From IMG/VR virus record IMGVR_UViG_3300028886_000042: DNA of 64,000 nucleotides. One strand, written 5' to 3'. Both the position numbers and the translations under genes were made by a program. The first letter of the stretch is position 1, and every line of letters starts with the position of its first letter. Shown here in pieces: positions 10,065 to 19,750 of this stretch. The notes beneath the pieces were generated by a model. That model was not told the DNA's origin and ran no database searches. It was given only the letters and a program-made list of their open reading frames with translations. The DNA comes from a virus. Taxonomy: Duplodnaviria > Caudoviricetes.

Positions 10065-11156
10065 ATGTCAGAAAAAATCAAACTAAATGTAAACACAAGT
10101 GCAGAAGCTATTTTACAGCAACGTAATGAAATCATTGCAAGCAAGGAAAACCAGTTGGTGAAGAAGAAATTCGAATTCGATGAAAAGAATTACCTTAATC
10201 TGAGGTTAAAGGAAGGCGAGACACAGAGAAAGGTCACAGTAAGGATTTTACCTGTAAGTGCAGATGACCCTAATACCTTCCTTATATTGCACACGCATTC
10301 AATGAAAGTTCCGACAGAGGTTTCAAAGAGCGGTTACAAATCATTTATCTGCCTCAATGAGAAGAAAATAAAGAATGACGGACGCGGATGCCCTCTATGT
10401 CAGAAGTCAAACGAACTTCTCAATGAAGCAAACTCCATACCTAACGATGAAGCGCACAGTGCAGAGAGAAAAGCACTTGTAAAACAGGGAATGCAGTACC
10501 GTCCGAAGGAAACATTCATTGTACGTGTAATCGAGAGAGGACATGAAAATGAAGGTGTTAAGTTCTGGCGATTCAATGCACATAATGACGGAACAGGCAT
10601 ATATGATGACCTTATTTCAATTTTCGACAACAGAGCACAGGAATCAGTTGACAACGGTGATGCATACTATAAGGTTGTAACTGATAATGAGGGCAAGAAA
10701 ACATATGTAAAGGTAGATACGGATGAATTCAACAGCCTCGAAGAGAATGAACGTGCCGTTATTCCATATAACGTATTCGACCTGAATAACGGAAAGGATT
10801 TCATCATAACATTACAGTATTCACCTAAAACCAAAAAGACAAGTATCAGTATCAATGATGCCGGAAAAGAAACACCATTGTCAAATGACATAAACCTTGC
10901 ACTGTCATGGATTAATGACCCGAAAACATGGTCTGACCTTTATTCACTTAAAACCTATGACTACCTTGAACTGATTGCAGAAGGAAAGGTTCCCTATTAC
11001 AGCAAGGAAGCACAGAAATGGGTTGACAAGGAACTTATTAATACCGGTGATATTGCAGCGGATGAAGCACGTAAGGAACTTGCAAACGGCGGTAATATAA
11101 TGAATACGGATATTGACTCCGGTGAATCTGATACAGAAGATGATTTACCGTTCTGA
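10065..11156 (+). CDS. Single-stranded DNA-binding protein, T4 gp32-like
   Basis: VRILP, His/Cys zinc ligands (HTH, CLN, CPLC), KFWRF, FDL.NGKDF.I, acidic tail ending DDLPF. Confidence 0.8.
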   Translation: MSEKIKLNVNTSAEAILQQRNEIIASKENQLVKKKFEFDEKNYLNLRLKEGETQRKVTVRILPVSADDPNTFLILHTHSMKVPTEVSKSGYKSFICLNEKKIKNDGRGCPLCQKSNELLNEANSIPNDEAHSAERKALVKQGMQYRPKETFIVRVIERGHENEGVKFWRFNAHNDGTGIYDDLISIFDNRAQESVDNGDAYYKVVTDNEGKKTYVKVDTDEFNSLEENERAVIPYNVFDLNNGKDFIITLQYSPKTKKTSISINDAGKETPLSNDINLALSWINDPKTWSDLYSLKTYDYLELIAEGKVPYYSKEAQKWVDKELINTGDIAADEARKELANGGNIMNTDIDSGESDTEDDLPF

Positions 11157-11258
11157 AAACAAATAAACCCAACTTGGCGAGGAGAATGTTACTGGCCGTC
11201 TGACTGTTTATCAGATGGCTGTAACGTTCGTTAAATAATTTTTTGGTTTTTTTTATTA

Positions 11259-11867
11259 ATGAAACTATATTACAAATACGGTGTAATGTCAAGCAGCAAA
11301 TCAGCACAACTGCTTATGACAGCACACTCCTTTGATGAAAGAGGCATACCGTTCCTCTGTATAAAACCGTCAATTGACAACAGGGAAAACGAAGATACGA
11401 TAACTTCAAGAATCGGTATATCAAGGGAATGCATATCATTTGATTCGACATATAATCTCTATGACTATATTGACAAGTACATAGTAAACGTCGTAGTACA
11501 GGGGTTTGACAAACCACAGTGGATTCTTGTCGATGAATGTCAGTTCCTGACAAGCGAACAGATTGACCAGCTTGCAGATGTGGTTGACAATCTGGATATA
11601 AACGTAATATGCTATGGACTGAGAACAGATTTCAAGACAGAATTCTTCGAAGGTTCGAAGAGACTCATGGAAATTGCCGACGATATCGAGGAAATAAAGA
11701 TTTCATGCGGATGCGGAAGAAAAGCCATTGTGAATGCAAGAATCGACGAGTTAGGACAAATCGTTACAGACGGTGAACAGATTGAAATAGGCGGTAATGA
11801 AAGATATGTGTCACTTTGCCGTAAATGCTACAGGAAACTTCTGAAAAAACAGGGACATAAAATGTAA
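11259..11867 (+). CDS. tk: Thymidine kinase (type II)
   Basis: YGVMSSSKS P-loop, ILVDECQF, YGLRTDF, CGCG...SLCRKC zinc site. Confidence 0.93.
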   Translation: MKLYYKYGVMSSSKSAQLLMTAHSFDERGIPFLCIKPSIDNRENEDTITSRIGISRECISFDSTYNLYDYIDKYIVNVVVQGFDKPQWILVDECQFLTSEQIDQLADVVDNLDINVICYGLRTDFKTEFFEGSKRLMEIADDIEEIKISCGCGRKAIVNARIDELGQIVTDGEQIEIGGNERYVSLCRKCYRKLLKKQGHKM

Positions 11868-11895
11868 AAATAAACAAATTTAAATTTAAATCAAA

Positions 11896-13026
11896 ATGGG
11901 ACAACCGATTAAAAAAGGAGCAGGGATAAAAAAAGCAGTTAATTCACAAGAAAGAAGAGAGTTTCTACGTTCGTTTAAAGAGAAAAACGGCATAGAAAAA
12001 GCGATAGAAAAAGAACCACAGTGGCTCATAATGCCGGATGCATTTGTTAAAGCAACAAAATTAAATATACCTTTAGGTACTTGTATTCGTGTAAGAGGTA
12101 AGTCGAATACAGGAAAGAGCACAATTAAGTTAGAGGTTATAAAGGCTGCAATCAGACAAGGCATATTACCTGTTGTTTTTGAACTTGAAAATAATTTTGC
12201 ATGGTCTCATGCCAAGGAAATGGGTATTGAGGTTGAGGAAATTGTTGACGAGGAAACCGGAGAAATTTCATATGGCCCCGGTGAAGATATTCTATACTAT
12301 GATACATCAAAATTGTACGAACTATATGGTAAATTCGACCACGAACACGGCAAATGGCTAAGTAAACCGAATCGTGAAAATTATGTTATTGAAGATGTTG
12401 CCAAATGTATTAGGGATTTAATAAAAAAACAGAAAGAAGGTGAACTTCCCTTTGATATGATTTTCGTAATCGATAGTATAGGCGTTGGCGAGTGTTACCG
12501 TGCAGCTATCAACAACTCAAGTAACCAGATGTGGTTTGCGGCGGCATTATCCTCTTCTTTCAATACAATTGTCAATGATTTGATACCTTCTTCACGTAAT
12601 GTAAATTCACCTTATATAAATACACTGTTCTTCGTACAGAAAATATGGACTCAAAACACAAGTATGGGTTTACCGAGAGCAATGTCAAAGGGCGGTGAAA
12701 GCCTTGATTGGAGTGTCAGGGTAAGTATTTTCCTTGGTGGTATTGAATCTGCAAGCATTAAGGCATTAACTGCAACTTCATGTGGTAAAGATTACAAATA
12801 CGGTGTAAAAACAAAGATTCAGATAGAAAAAAATCACGTTTCAGATATCACATACACCGGTGAAATATGTTCAACAGTTCATGGGTTATGGGACCCTGAT
12901 AAACTTGACGAATATAAGAAAACTTATGCAAAGGAAATAAAACAAAAACTGGCAGAAACAAATAAAATTGATATTAATGACATTAAGGAAATAGAATTTT
13001 CTGAAGTTGACGAGGTAAATGAATAA
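11896..13026 (+). CDS. uvsX: RecA/UvsX-like recombinase
   Basis: Walker A RGKSNTGKST, Walker B IFVIDSIG, KGG motif, IEKNHV. Confidence 0.85.
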   Translation: MGQPIKKGAGIKKAVNSQERREFLRSFKEKNGIEKAIEKEPQWLIMPDAFVKATKLNIPLGTCIRVRGKSNTGKSTIKLEVIKAAIRQGILPVVFELENNFAWSHAKEMGIEVEEIVDEETGEISYGPGEDILYYDTSKLYELYGKFDHEHGKWLSKPNRENYVIEDVAKCIRDLIKKQKEGELPFDMIFVIDSIGVGECYRAAINNSSNQMWFAAALSSSFNTIVNDLIPSSRNVNSPYINTLFFVQKIWTQNTSMGLPRAMSKGGESLDWSVRVSIFLGGIESASIKALTATSCGKDYKYGVKTKIQIEKNHVSDITYTGEICSTVHGLWDPDKLDEYKKTYAKEIKQKLAETNKIDINDIKEIEFSEVDEVNE

Positions 13027-13066
13027 AGTCAATAAAAGTGTTTTTAATAAAAATTAACATATTTTA

Positions 13067-13100
13067 TTTGTTTTTATTGAAAAAGTATAGTACATTTGTA
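13067..13100 (+). promoter_or_regulatory. Bacteroidota-type promoter of the endonuclease gene
   Basis: TTTG (13067-13070), 20 nt, TACATTTGTA (13091-13100). Confidence 0.65.
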
Positions 13101-13112
13101 TTGAGATATTAT

Positions 13113-13144
13113 AAATTTCCCTTAACAAATAGGGAAATTTTTTT
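13113..13144 (+). terminator. Terminator-like hairpin in the endonuclease leader
   Basis: aaatttccct-taacaaat-agggaaattt followed by tttt. Confidence 0.65.
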
Positions 13145-13167
13145 ATCTTCTTAATAAAGATTTATGT

Positions 13168-14616
13168 ATGAAAGATAAAATGCAAGAAGAATTTATTTCA
13201 AGGCTTAAAGAAATATACAAAAATGAAGATTACGATTTTTCTAAAACAGAATTTAAAGGGTTAAACGAAAACGTCATTTTTCATTGTAATGTACATAACA
13301 TAGATTTAATTAAAAAGGCACAATCTTTAATTAACGGTTGCGGATGTCATTTATGCAGGAGAACCGGACATAAATACACAAATGAAGAGTGGAGAATTTT
13401 GGCTAAGATAGAACGTCCTGAGTATGACGCATCCGAAAGTACATATATTGACAAAAGTCATAAAGTTGAAGTATATTGTCACAAAAAGGATGAAAACGGG
13501 GTTGAACACGGTAAATTCTCAGTATTTCCGAATCTATTTTTACGGGGACAGCAAGATTGCCCTAAATGCCGTAAGGAAAGGGAAAGAGAAACCAAAGAGA
13601 AGAACTTTTTAGAAAAGATAAAGGTCATTTATGAAGATAAAGACTATGATTTTTCAAAAATAAGATATGTAAATGCTTCTACACCGGTTGAAATAGTATG
13701 TAATAAACATAACGTTACATTTTATCCAAGACCTGGAAATATATTGGGTTCTCATACATGTTGCCCTAAATGCGGAATAGAGAAGATTTGTGACAAAAGA
13801 CGTTTAACTGTTAATGAAATAATCGCACGTATAAAAGAGAAGTTCGGAAATAAACTTGATTGTAGTAAAGTAGTTCAGCCGAAAAACACCGAAAGTAAAA
13901 TAACACTTATTTGTCATGAAAAGGATGAAAATGGTAATGAACACGGAGAATTCCAAATAACGCCGCATAGTTTATTTTCTTCTAAATATGCTTGCCCTAA
14001 ATGTGCATGTGTAAATATAGGGTTAAACGGTCGTATCAGTAATGAAGAATTTTTAGATAAGGTTAAGAAAATACATTACGGTAAAAATTTTGACTGGAGT
14101 TTAACACATTATACAAAATATGAAGATTATGTCAAGGTTATATGCAATGAAACTGACAGATTCGGAAATAAACATGGTGAATTCAAGGTAAAGGCAGGTA
14201 ACTTATTAAACGGAAACGGATGTCCGTTGTGTAATTCAAGTCATTTAGAACAAACTGTAAGAGCAGACTTATTAATGAATAACATACAGTTTGAACAATA
14301 CAAACGTTTCGAATGGTTAGGCTTGCAATCTTTGGATTTCTATCTGCCTGAATGTGGTATAGGAATAGAATGTCAGGGTAGTCAGCATTTCAAAGATGAC
14401 TTTTTTAAATCAAAGGGTATTGAATTTTCAAAGAATTTGTTTAAAGAGACAACGCAACGTGATTCCCGTAAAAAACAGTTATGTAAGGAGAATAATGTCG
14501 AGTTAATATATTTCCTTGACAAAAAATATGTCGGATATATGTCGGATGGTGACATTTATTTTACGGATGTTAAAAAACTTACGGAATACTTAACGAATAA
14601 ATTAGTAACTGTTTGA
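13168..14616 (+). mobile_element. Free-standing homing-endonuclease-like gene: five Zn-ribbon (DUF723-like) modules plus a C-terminal Vsr/PD-(D/E)xK-type nuclease
   Basis: Repeats YDFSK..Y...V...C..HG.F...GCPxC (five CxxC ends); C-terminal LDFYLP...IECQGSQHF...RD..K..LC. Confidence 0.8.
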
Positions 14617-14653
14617 TTTACTGTTATTTAACAGTATTTTTCTCCTTTTTATA

Positions 14654-14687
14654 TTTGGTATGTTAATTTTAAAGCAGTATATTTGCA
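14654..14687 (+). promoter_or_regulatory. Bacteroidota-type primary sigma promoter
   Basis: TTTG (14654-14657), 20 nt, TATATTTGCA (14678-14687). Confidence 0.8.
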
Positions 14688-14729
14688 AAAAGAAATAATA
14701 TTAATAATTAATTAACTTACTTAATAAAA

Positions 14730-14969
14730 ATGGGAAATGTTGAAAATGTACTGAAAGAACTTATTCAGGAAATCAAGGAAGCAAAGGATTATGAACTGAT
14801 TGAAGGTGACAGGGAATCATATAAGGAAGGTTTGGCTACCGCTGCAATGTTTATTGCTGAGAAGTTGGATGAAGAGACTGATTTTGAAAACGAATATCTT
14901 GAACATGAAGGTGAATGGTGGAACGGTGATATTGACGAGAGTGTATTTTACGAAAAACCTGAATGTTAG
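14730..14969 (+). CDS. Small acidic hypothetical protein
   Basis: 79-aa ORF, first after a promoter, with an A-rich start context. Confidence 0.65.
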   Translation: MGNVENVLKELIQEIKEAKDYELIEGDRESYKEGLATAAMFIAEKLDEETDFENEYLEHEGEWWNGDIDESVFYEKPEC

Positions 14970-15012
14970 TGAGGAAGAAGCGTTGGATTATATCGTTTAA
15001 AAACTGTTTGTT

Positions 15013-15633
15013 ATGTTAGAACAGATTAAAAAACGGCTTACAAATAAAGTTATCTTCGAGTTAGACAAGGAGAACAACACTATCAGAGATACGGTAGAGG
15101 AAGCGGTAAGGCGGGGAATCAGTTTAAGTCGTGCTGACTTTAGTTGTGCAACTCTTAAAGGTGCTGACCTTCACGGTGCTAAATTATACAATGCAAGCTT
15201 CGCAAATGCAAATCTTGAAGGTGCAAATATAGAAGACGCACAGCTTGATAATACCATTTTGGATAATACCATCATGCCGGATTTTCCTATAGCGTGCCCT
15301 GAGACAGGTACATTCATCGGATATAAAAAAGTATTCTGTACAGAGGAATATGGATTTAAGAGAAGTTTCATAGTTAAACTTGAGATACCTGAGGATGCGA
15401 AACGTAGTTCATCCACTACGAATAAGTGCCGTTGCTCGAAGGCTAAAGTGCTTGAGGTAAAGGACATGGAGTTGGATGAAAAAGTTCGTAAGATAACTAA
15501 CATAAACATGTTTACGTGCGTTTACGAAGTAGGTGAATATGTCTACCCAGATTCCTTTGACGAATGCAGGTGGAATGAATGCAGTAATGGTATACATTTT
15601 TTCATGACAGAGGAAGAAGCAGCAAGCTATTAA
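15013..15633 (+). CDS. Pentapeptide-repeat protein with DUF5758-like C-terminal domain
   Basis: A(D/N)L/F-xx repeats; then KLEIPEDAKRSS...KCRCSKAKV...FDECRWNECSNGIHFF. Confidence 0.85.
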   Translation: MLEQIKKRLTNKVIFELDKENNTIRDTVEEAVRRGISLSRADFSCATLKGADLHGAKLYNASFANANLEGANIEDAQLDNTILDNTIMPDFPIACPETGTFIGYKKVFCTEEYGFKRSFIVKLEIPEDAKRSSSTTNKCRCSKAKVLEVKDMELDEKVRKITNINMFTCVYEVGEYVYPDSFDECRWNECSNGIHFFMTEEEAASY

Positions 15634-15664
15634 ATAATATAAATTAAAGAAAATAAAAAACAAG

Positions 15665-15955
15665 ATGAAAACAAGAATTATCAAGGAAGCTGAATTTGAT
15701 TTCAGTGAGGAAAAATATACGGCAATACCTAACAGTGTTTTTTCAATGCTTATAGGTGAGCCTGAGGATTATTTGGACAGTAATCCGTCTTCTCCGAAGA
15801 TTATTATGTTTGAAAATAAGGAAGATTACATTCACAATGCGTTACGTCACAATATTGACAGTTCAAAAAACTATTACGTTTCGAATAAAGGTCAGATTTT
15901 ATGTTTTTTGAAGGATGAGGTCACAACCGATACCGAAGAAGATAAAGGAGAGTAA
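15665..15955 (+). CDS. Hypothetical protein
   Basis: 96-aa ORF within the operon, overlapping the next gene. Confidence 0.55.
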   Translation: MKTRIIKEAEFDFSEEKYTAIPNSVFSMLIGEPEDYLDSNPSSPKIIMFENKEDYIHNALRHNIDSSKNYYVSNKGQILCFLKDEVTTDTEEDKGE

Positions 15956-17078
15956 TCCTGAGTTAGGAATAAAGACATTTAACACTCTGTTGGTGGATGG
16001 TTCTAACATATTAGAACTGTCCTCTCTTGGTGACAGGACATTATCTTCAAGCGGTAAGAGGATAGGAGGTATATTTCAGTTTCTTCTTCAACTTAAGATA
16101 ATGTTAAAGAAGGCTAATTTCAGATATGTCTATGTTTTTTGGGACGGTGACAATTCCGGTGAATACCGTTCATGGCTCTGTCAGGACTACAAAAGTAACA
16201 GGGATAAGAACTATTCTTCACCGGATGGCTTGTCTGATTACATGATAGAGTTCAACAGGAATCTGAAAAGGATGCAGAATTACATTTACAACAAGCGCAG
16301 AAGGGAGAAAACAGAGGAAGAGAAGAAGGAAAAGGAAATATTCTATGAGCAGCGTGAAGTTGTAATGAACTGTCTTGAGGAACTGTTTGTAAGGCAGTGT
16401 GTATGTGACAAGGTAGAGGCAGATGACCTTATAGCATACTACGTAAAGAACAAGAAACCGAACGAGCGTATTGTCATAATGTCGAATGACAGGGATTTGA
16501 CACAGCTGATAGATGAGGATGTGATTATATACTTACAGCAGAAGAAAATATTCATAAACACGAAGAACCATACTGATGAGATAGGTTATAATTACAAGAA
16601 TGTCCTTATCAAGAAAATGCTGTGCGGTGACAGTTCTGACAGTATAAAGGGTATTAAGGGATTCGGTGAAGTTACATTATTGAAGAATTTCCCTGAGATA
16701 AAGGAGAGGGAGATAACACTTGACGAGGTTATAGAGAAGGCCCGTAGGATTAACGAGGACAGGGCTGCAAACAGGAAGAAGCCGTTGAAGTGGGCTTATA
16801 ACATAGTTGAAGGTATAACGGACGGTTCGCAGGGTAATAAAGTATATGAGATAAACAGGATTATTATAGACCTCAGAAATCCGATAATGACGGACGAGGC
16901 GAAGGAACTGATGGATTCTATGATGTATTCCCCTATAGACCCCGAAGGAAGGAGTTTTGATAATCTGTACAAAATACTCTGTGATGAAGGTATAGAAGAA
17001 CTTACAGACCCGTCGAAATTCAGTAATTTTTTCATTGAATATGCATATCTTATAGAAAATGAGAAAAAAAACTGTTGA
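15915..17078 (+). CDS. 5'-3' exonuclease / flap endonuclease (T4 RNase H, Pol I N-domain-like)
   Basis: LLVDG, VFWDG, YKSNR, EADDLIA, SNDRDL, LCGDSSDSIKGIKGFG helix-hairpin-helix. Confidence 0.9.
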   Translation: MRSQPIPKKIKESNPELGIKTFNTLLVDGSNILELSSLGDRTLSSSGKRIGGIFQFLLQLKIMLKKANFRYVYVFWDGDNSGEYRSWLCQDYKSNRDKNYSSPDGLSDYMIEFNRNLKRMQNYIYNKRRREKTEEEKKEKEIFYEQREVVMNCLEELFVRQCVCDKVEADDLIAYYVKNKKPNERIVIMSNDRDLTQLIDEDVIIYLQQKKIFINTKNHTDEIGYNYKNVLIKKMLCGDSSDSIKGIKGFGEVTLLKNFPEIKEREITLDEVIEKARRINEDRAANRKKPLKWAYNIVEGITDGSQGNKVYEINRIIIDLRNPIMTDEAKELMDSMMYSPIDPEGRSFDNLYKILCDEGIEELTDPSKFSNFFIEYAYLIENEKKNC

Positions 17079-17084
17079 ATTTAT

Positions 17085-17117
17085 TTTGACGTTTTGAGTT
17101 TAAGACGTATATTTGCA
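17085..17117 (+). promoter_or_regulatory. Bacteroidota-type primary sigma promoter
   Basis: TTTG (17085-17088), 19 nt, TATATTTGCA (17108-17117). Confidence 0.8.
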
Positions 17118-17171
17118 AAAGAAAATCTATAAAAAGAAATTGTTTAACCATTTTTAAAGAACATTTTAATA

Positions 17172-18050
17172 ATGTCAGAAAACAACAACAACTTTAAGAA
17201 AGAGCCTAAAGTTTTGGATAACGAGGCTTATAAGGAGAGATTTCAGTTTCTGCTGTGGGTAAATGACAACATTATCTGTCAGCGTTACTTCAGAATTAAC
17301 GGTTATAACAGTGATTCGCTTAAATCACTTCAGTTCAAGAACACAATGGACGAAGTTGTTAAGATGATTCAGGATGACCTGGTATCTAAGAGCAGAATCT
17401 TCATGTGGTATACAAGAAACGAGCCCATGAAGCTTTGCGGTTTCGTTAATAAGTACGAAGGCCTTAAGGATTCAGACATATTGATGCTGTCTTCACCTGA
17501 CTATGACGGTGAAGTGGAACTGTCTGACGGTGAAACTGTTGAAAAGGAATATTTCAGTTATCCCGAAGGTATGGAGGATTCATATTCGGATAACGAGAAT
17601 CTGCCCAAATGGGAAGTTACGTTCAAATTTCAGATGGTTGTGGATGAACACACTGTCTATGAGAAAATTTGGGACGGCGGTGTATATCCCAAGTATGTAA
17701 GGAACGGTGTAGACCTTACGAATTCAGATATCATGTACCGTGACAAGGAGCCTTCTTCCCTTCATTTTGCCTACGCCATTATCCGTCACATGACCCTTGG
17801 CAAGATTGACCTTGTATATCACATTATCAGACAGATATGCGAGGTTATGAGTTACAAGTTCGAGGACAGCAACAAGTATATCAAGAGAGACAGGTACAGT
17901 GACAGAAACTATATTCTCTCAACCTACAACAAGGATTGGGTTGACAACGCAAGACAGTCATGCCTTCAAAAGACAAGAGAATATTTCAATAATTTCGATA
18001 CGTTCGGTTTGACACCCGGACAATTTGACTATATTGAGAACCGTTTATAG
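17172..18050 (+). CDS. Hypothetical protein upstream of the helicase
   Basis: 292-aa ORF (NDNIICQRYF, YPKYVRNGVDL); ends in TAG. Confidence 0.75.
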   Translation: MSENNNNFKKEPKVLDNEAYKERFQFLLWVNDNIICQRYFRINGYNSDSLKSLQFKNTMDEVVKMIQDDLVSKSRIFMWYTRNEPMKLCGFVNKYEGLKDSDILMLSSPDYDGEVELSDGETVEKEYFSYPEGMEDSYSDNENLPKWEVTFKFQMVVDEHTVYEKIWDGGVYPKYVRNGVDLTNSDIMYRDKEPSSLHFAYAIIRHMTLGKIDLVYHIIRQICEVMSYKFEDSNKYIKRDRYSDRNYILSTYNKDWVDNARQSCLQKTREYFNNFDTFGLTPGQFDYIENRL

Positions 18051-18076
18051 CATTCTCAATTCTCCATTCTGTCTAT

Positions 18077-18107
18077 AGCCGCTCTGTATAATCCGGGCGG
18101 CTTTTTT
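18077..18107 (+). terminator. Intrinsic terminator-like hairpin
   Basis: agccgctc...gggcggct followed by ttttt. Confidence 0.65.
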
Positions 18108-18146
18108 AAAAAGTTCCGTCTAATATTTAAAATATATATATTTTTC

Positions 18147-19580
18147 ATGTCTAAAGCAAATTTAAATGACAGAAGTAATTTAGGTTATCTTGGCGAGGAA
18201 TTTCAGGTTAAGCTTGTAAAGTGTTTTTTCGAGGACAGGAAGTTTTTTGAAAGAATAGAGGAAATTGTTGACCAGAATATGTTCAGTAATGAACACCTCA
18301 GAAGAATTGTCGGATTCATGAAGGACAGGTACAACTTCAACGAAACTGTTACGACTTATTTCGAAATTGAAACCATAATAAGAAGCAAGGTTTCCGATGC
18401 AATTTCCGTAGAACAGCTTCTTGCCTATATAGAAAGGATAAAGGGGATGAGTTTGGAAGGTATGGATTTGGTTGAGGACGAATCCGAAAAATTCTTCAAG
18501 CAGCAGAATCTTACCAAGGCTATAAATAAAGTCCGTGATATAGTTAAAAACGGTGATTTCAGCAACTATTATGTTATTGAGGATATCATAAAGAAATCAC
18601 TTGAGGTAAATACCAAGGAAGACAGTGCAAAAAGGCTTTTTGAGAATGTCGAGTCTGTTTTGTCTGAGGATGAACGTCTGAGAATACCTACCGGTGCAGA
18701 TAAGCTGGATGCTACGCTCAGAGGTGGGTTAGGTAAGGGTGAATTAGGTGTTATAATAGCACCAAGCGGAACAGGTAAAACGTCTGCCACAACAGGTTTT
18801 GCGGCAAATGCGGCTACATATAAGTGTGAAGCGAACAATTTCAACGGCTATAACGTACTTCATTACTTCTTTGAGGATGAGGAGAACAATATAGAGCGTA
18901 AATATTATGGTTTTCTTACAGGATTTGATGCCTGTGACCTTCATTTACCTGAAATACGTCCTCTTGTACTCGAAAAACTAAATGAGGACACTGAAATACG
19001 CAAGATGCTTCGTAATAACATAAAATACGAGCGTCTGATAAGCGGTGAGGTTACGGCATCACAGATTAAGAACAAGATACGCAAGGAAATAGCCCTTGGT
19101 TTCAAGCCTGACCTTGTCATAATCGACTACTTTGAATGTCTTAAGACAGAGAAGGGTGACAATACGGACAGTGAATGGTCTAAGGAAGCCCTTACCATGA
19201 GAAAATTAGAGGCTATTGCACATGAATTCAACGTAGCCATATGGGTTCCTGTTCAAGGTACACGTGATTCTATCGGTGCTGAACTTGTAGGACTTATGCA
19301 GGCAGGCGGTTCTATCAAGAAGGTACAGATTGCCCACGTAATCATTACTTTTGCAGCAACGGACAATATGAAATTACAGGGTAAACTTAATATTTCACTT
19401 GGAAAATTCAGGGCAGGCCGTATTGACAGAAACAAGTTCTTCAATGTCAGTTTCAATAACGGTACATGCAGATTCGATATGTCTGAATGTGATGACGGTA
19501 CGGGAAATACTTATGAGAATGATTATCAGTCTGCACAGTTTAACATCGCCAAACGAACAAAGCAGATGTACAACAGTTAA
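18147..19580 (+). CDS. dnaB: Replicative DNA helicase, DnaB / T4 gp41 family
   Basis: IPTG...D..L.GGL.KGEL, Walker A APSGTGKT, Walker B LVIIDY, PVQGTR, KFRAG arginine finger. Confidence 0.9.
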   Translation: MSKANLNDRSNLGYLGEEFQVKLVKCFFEDRKFFERIEEIVDQNMFSNEHLRRIVGFMKDRYNFNETVTTYFEIETIIRSKVSDAISVEQLLAYIERIKGMSLEGMDLVEDESEKFFKQQNLTKAINKVRDIVKNGDFSNYYVIEDIIKKSLEVNTKEDSAKRLFENVESVLSEDERLRIPTGADKLDATLRGGLGKGELGVIIAPSGTGKTSATTGFAANAATYKCEANNFNGYNVLHYFFEDEENNIERKYYGFLTGFDACDLHLPEIRPLVLEKLNEDTEIRKMLRNNIKYERLISGEVTASQIKNKIRKEIALGFKPDLVIIDYFECLKTEKGDNTDSEWSKEALTMRKLEAIAHEFNVAIWVPVQGTRDSIGAELVGLMQAGGSIKKVQIAHVIITFAATDNMKLQGKLNISLGKFRAGRIDRNKFFNVSFNNGTCRFDMSECDDGTGNTYENDYQSAQFNIAKRTKQMYNS

Positions 19581-19750
19581 TTGAGGTTATAAATAGCGAG
19601 ATAACCTTATTTTTTAGTAGAAAAAAAATTAATTTTTTTCTTCTGTGACTATCAGACAGTTATGGTTTTATTTCTGTTATTTTATATTTTCACCCAACCT
19701 TTTTAAAATTTGTAATGATAGGTATATTATACCTAAAACATTTATAAACT

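Noticed and set aside
11157-11258. TGA read-through from ssb into tk (gap is in frame)
   Set aside because: An in-frame TAA lies in the gap, and SSB ends in its expected DDLPF tail
14606-19662. IHF-like sites (taactgtttgatt at ~14606; tatcagacagtta at ~19650)
   Set aside because: Short degenerate matches in AT-rich DNA with no recombinase or att context
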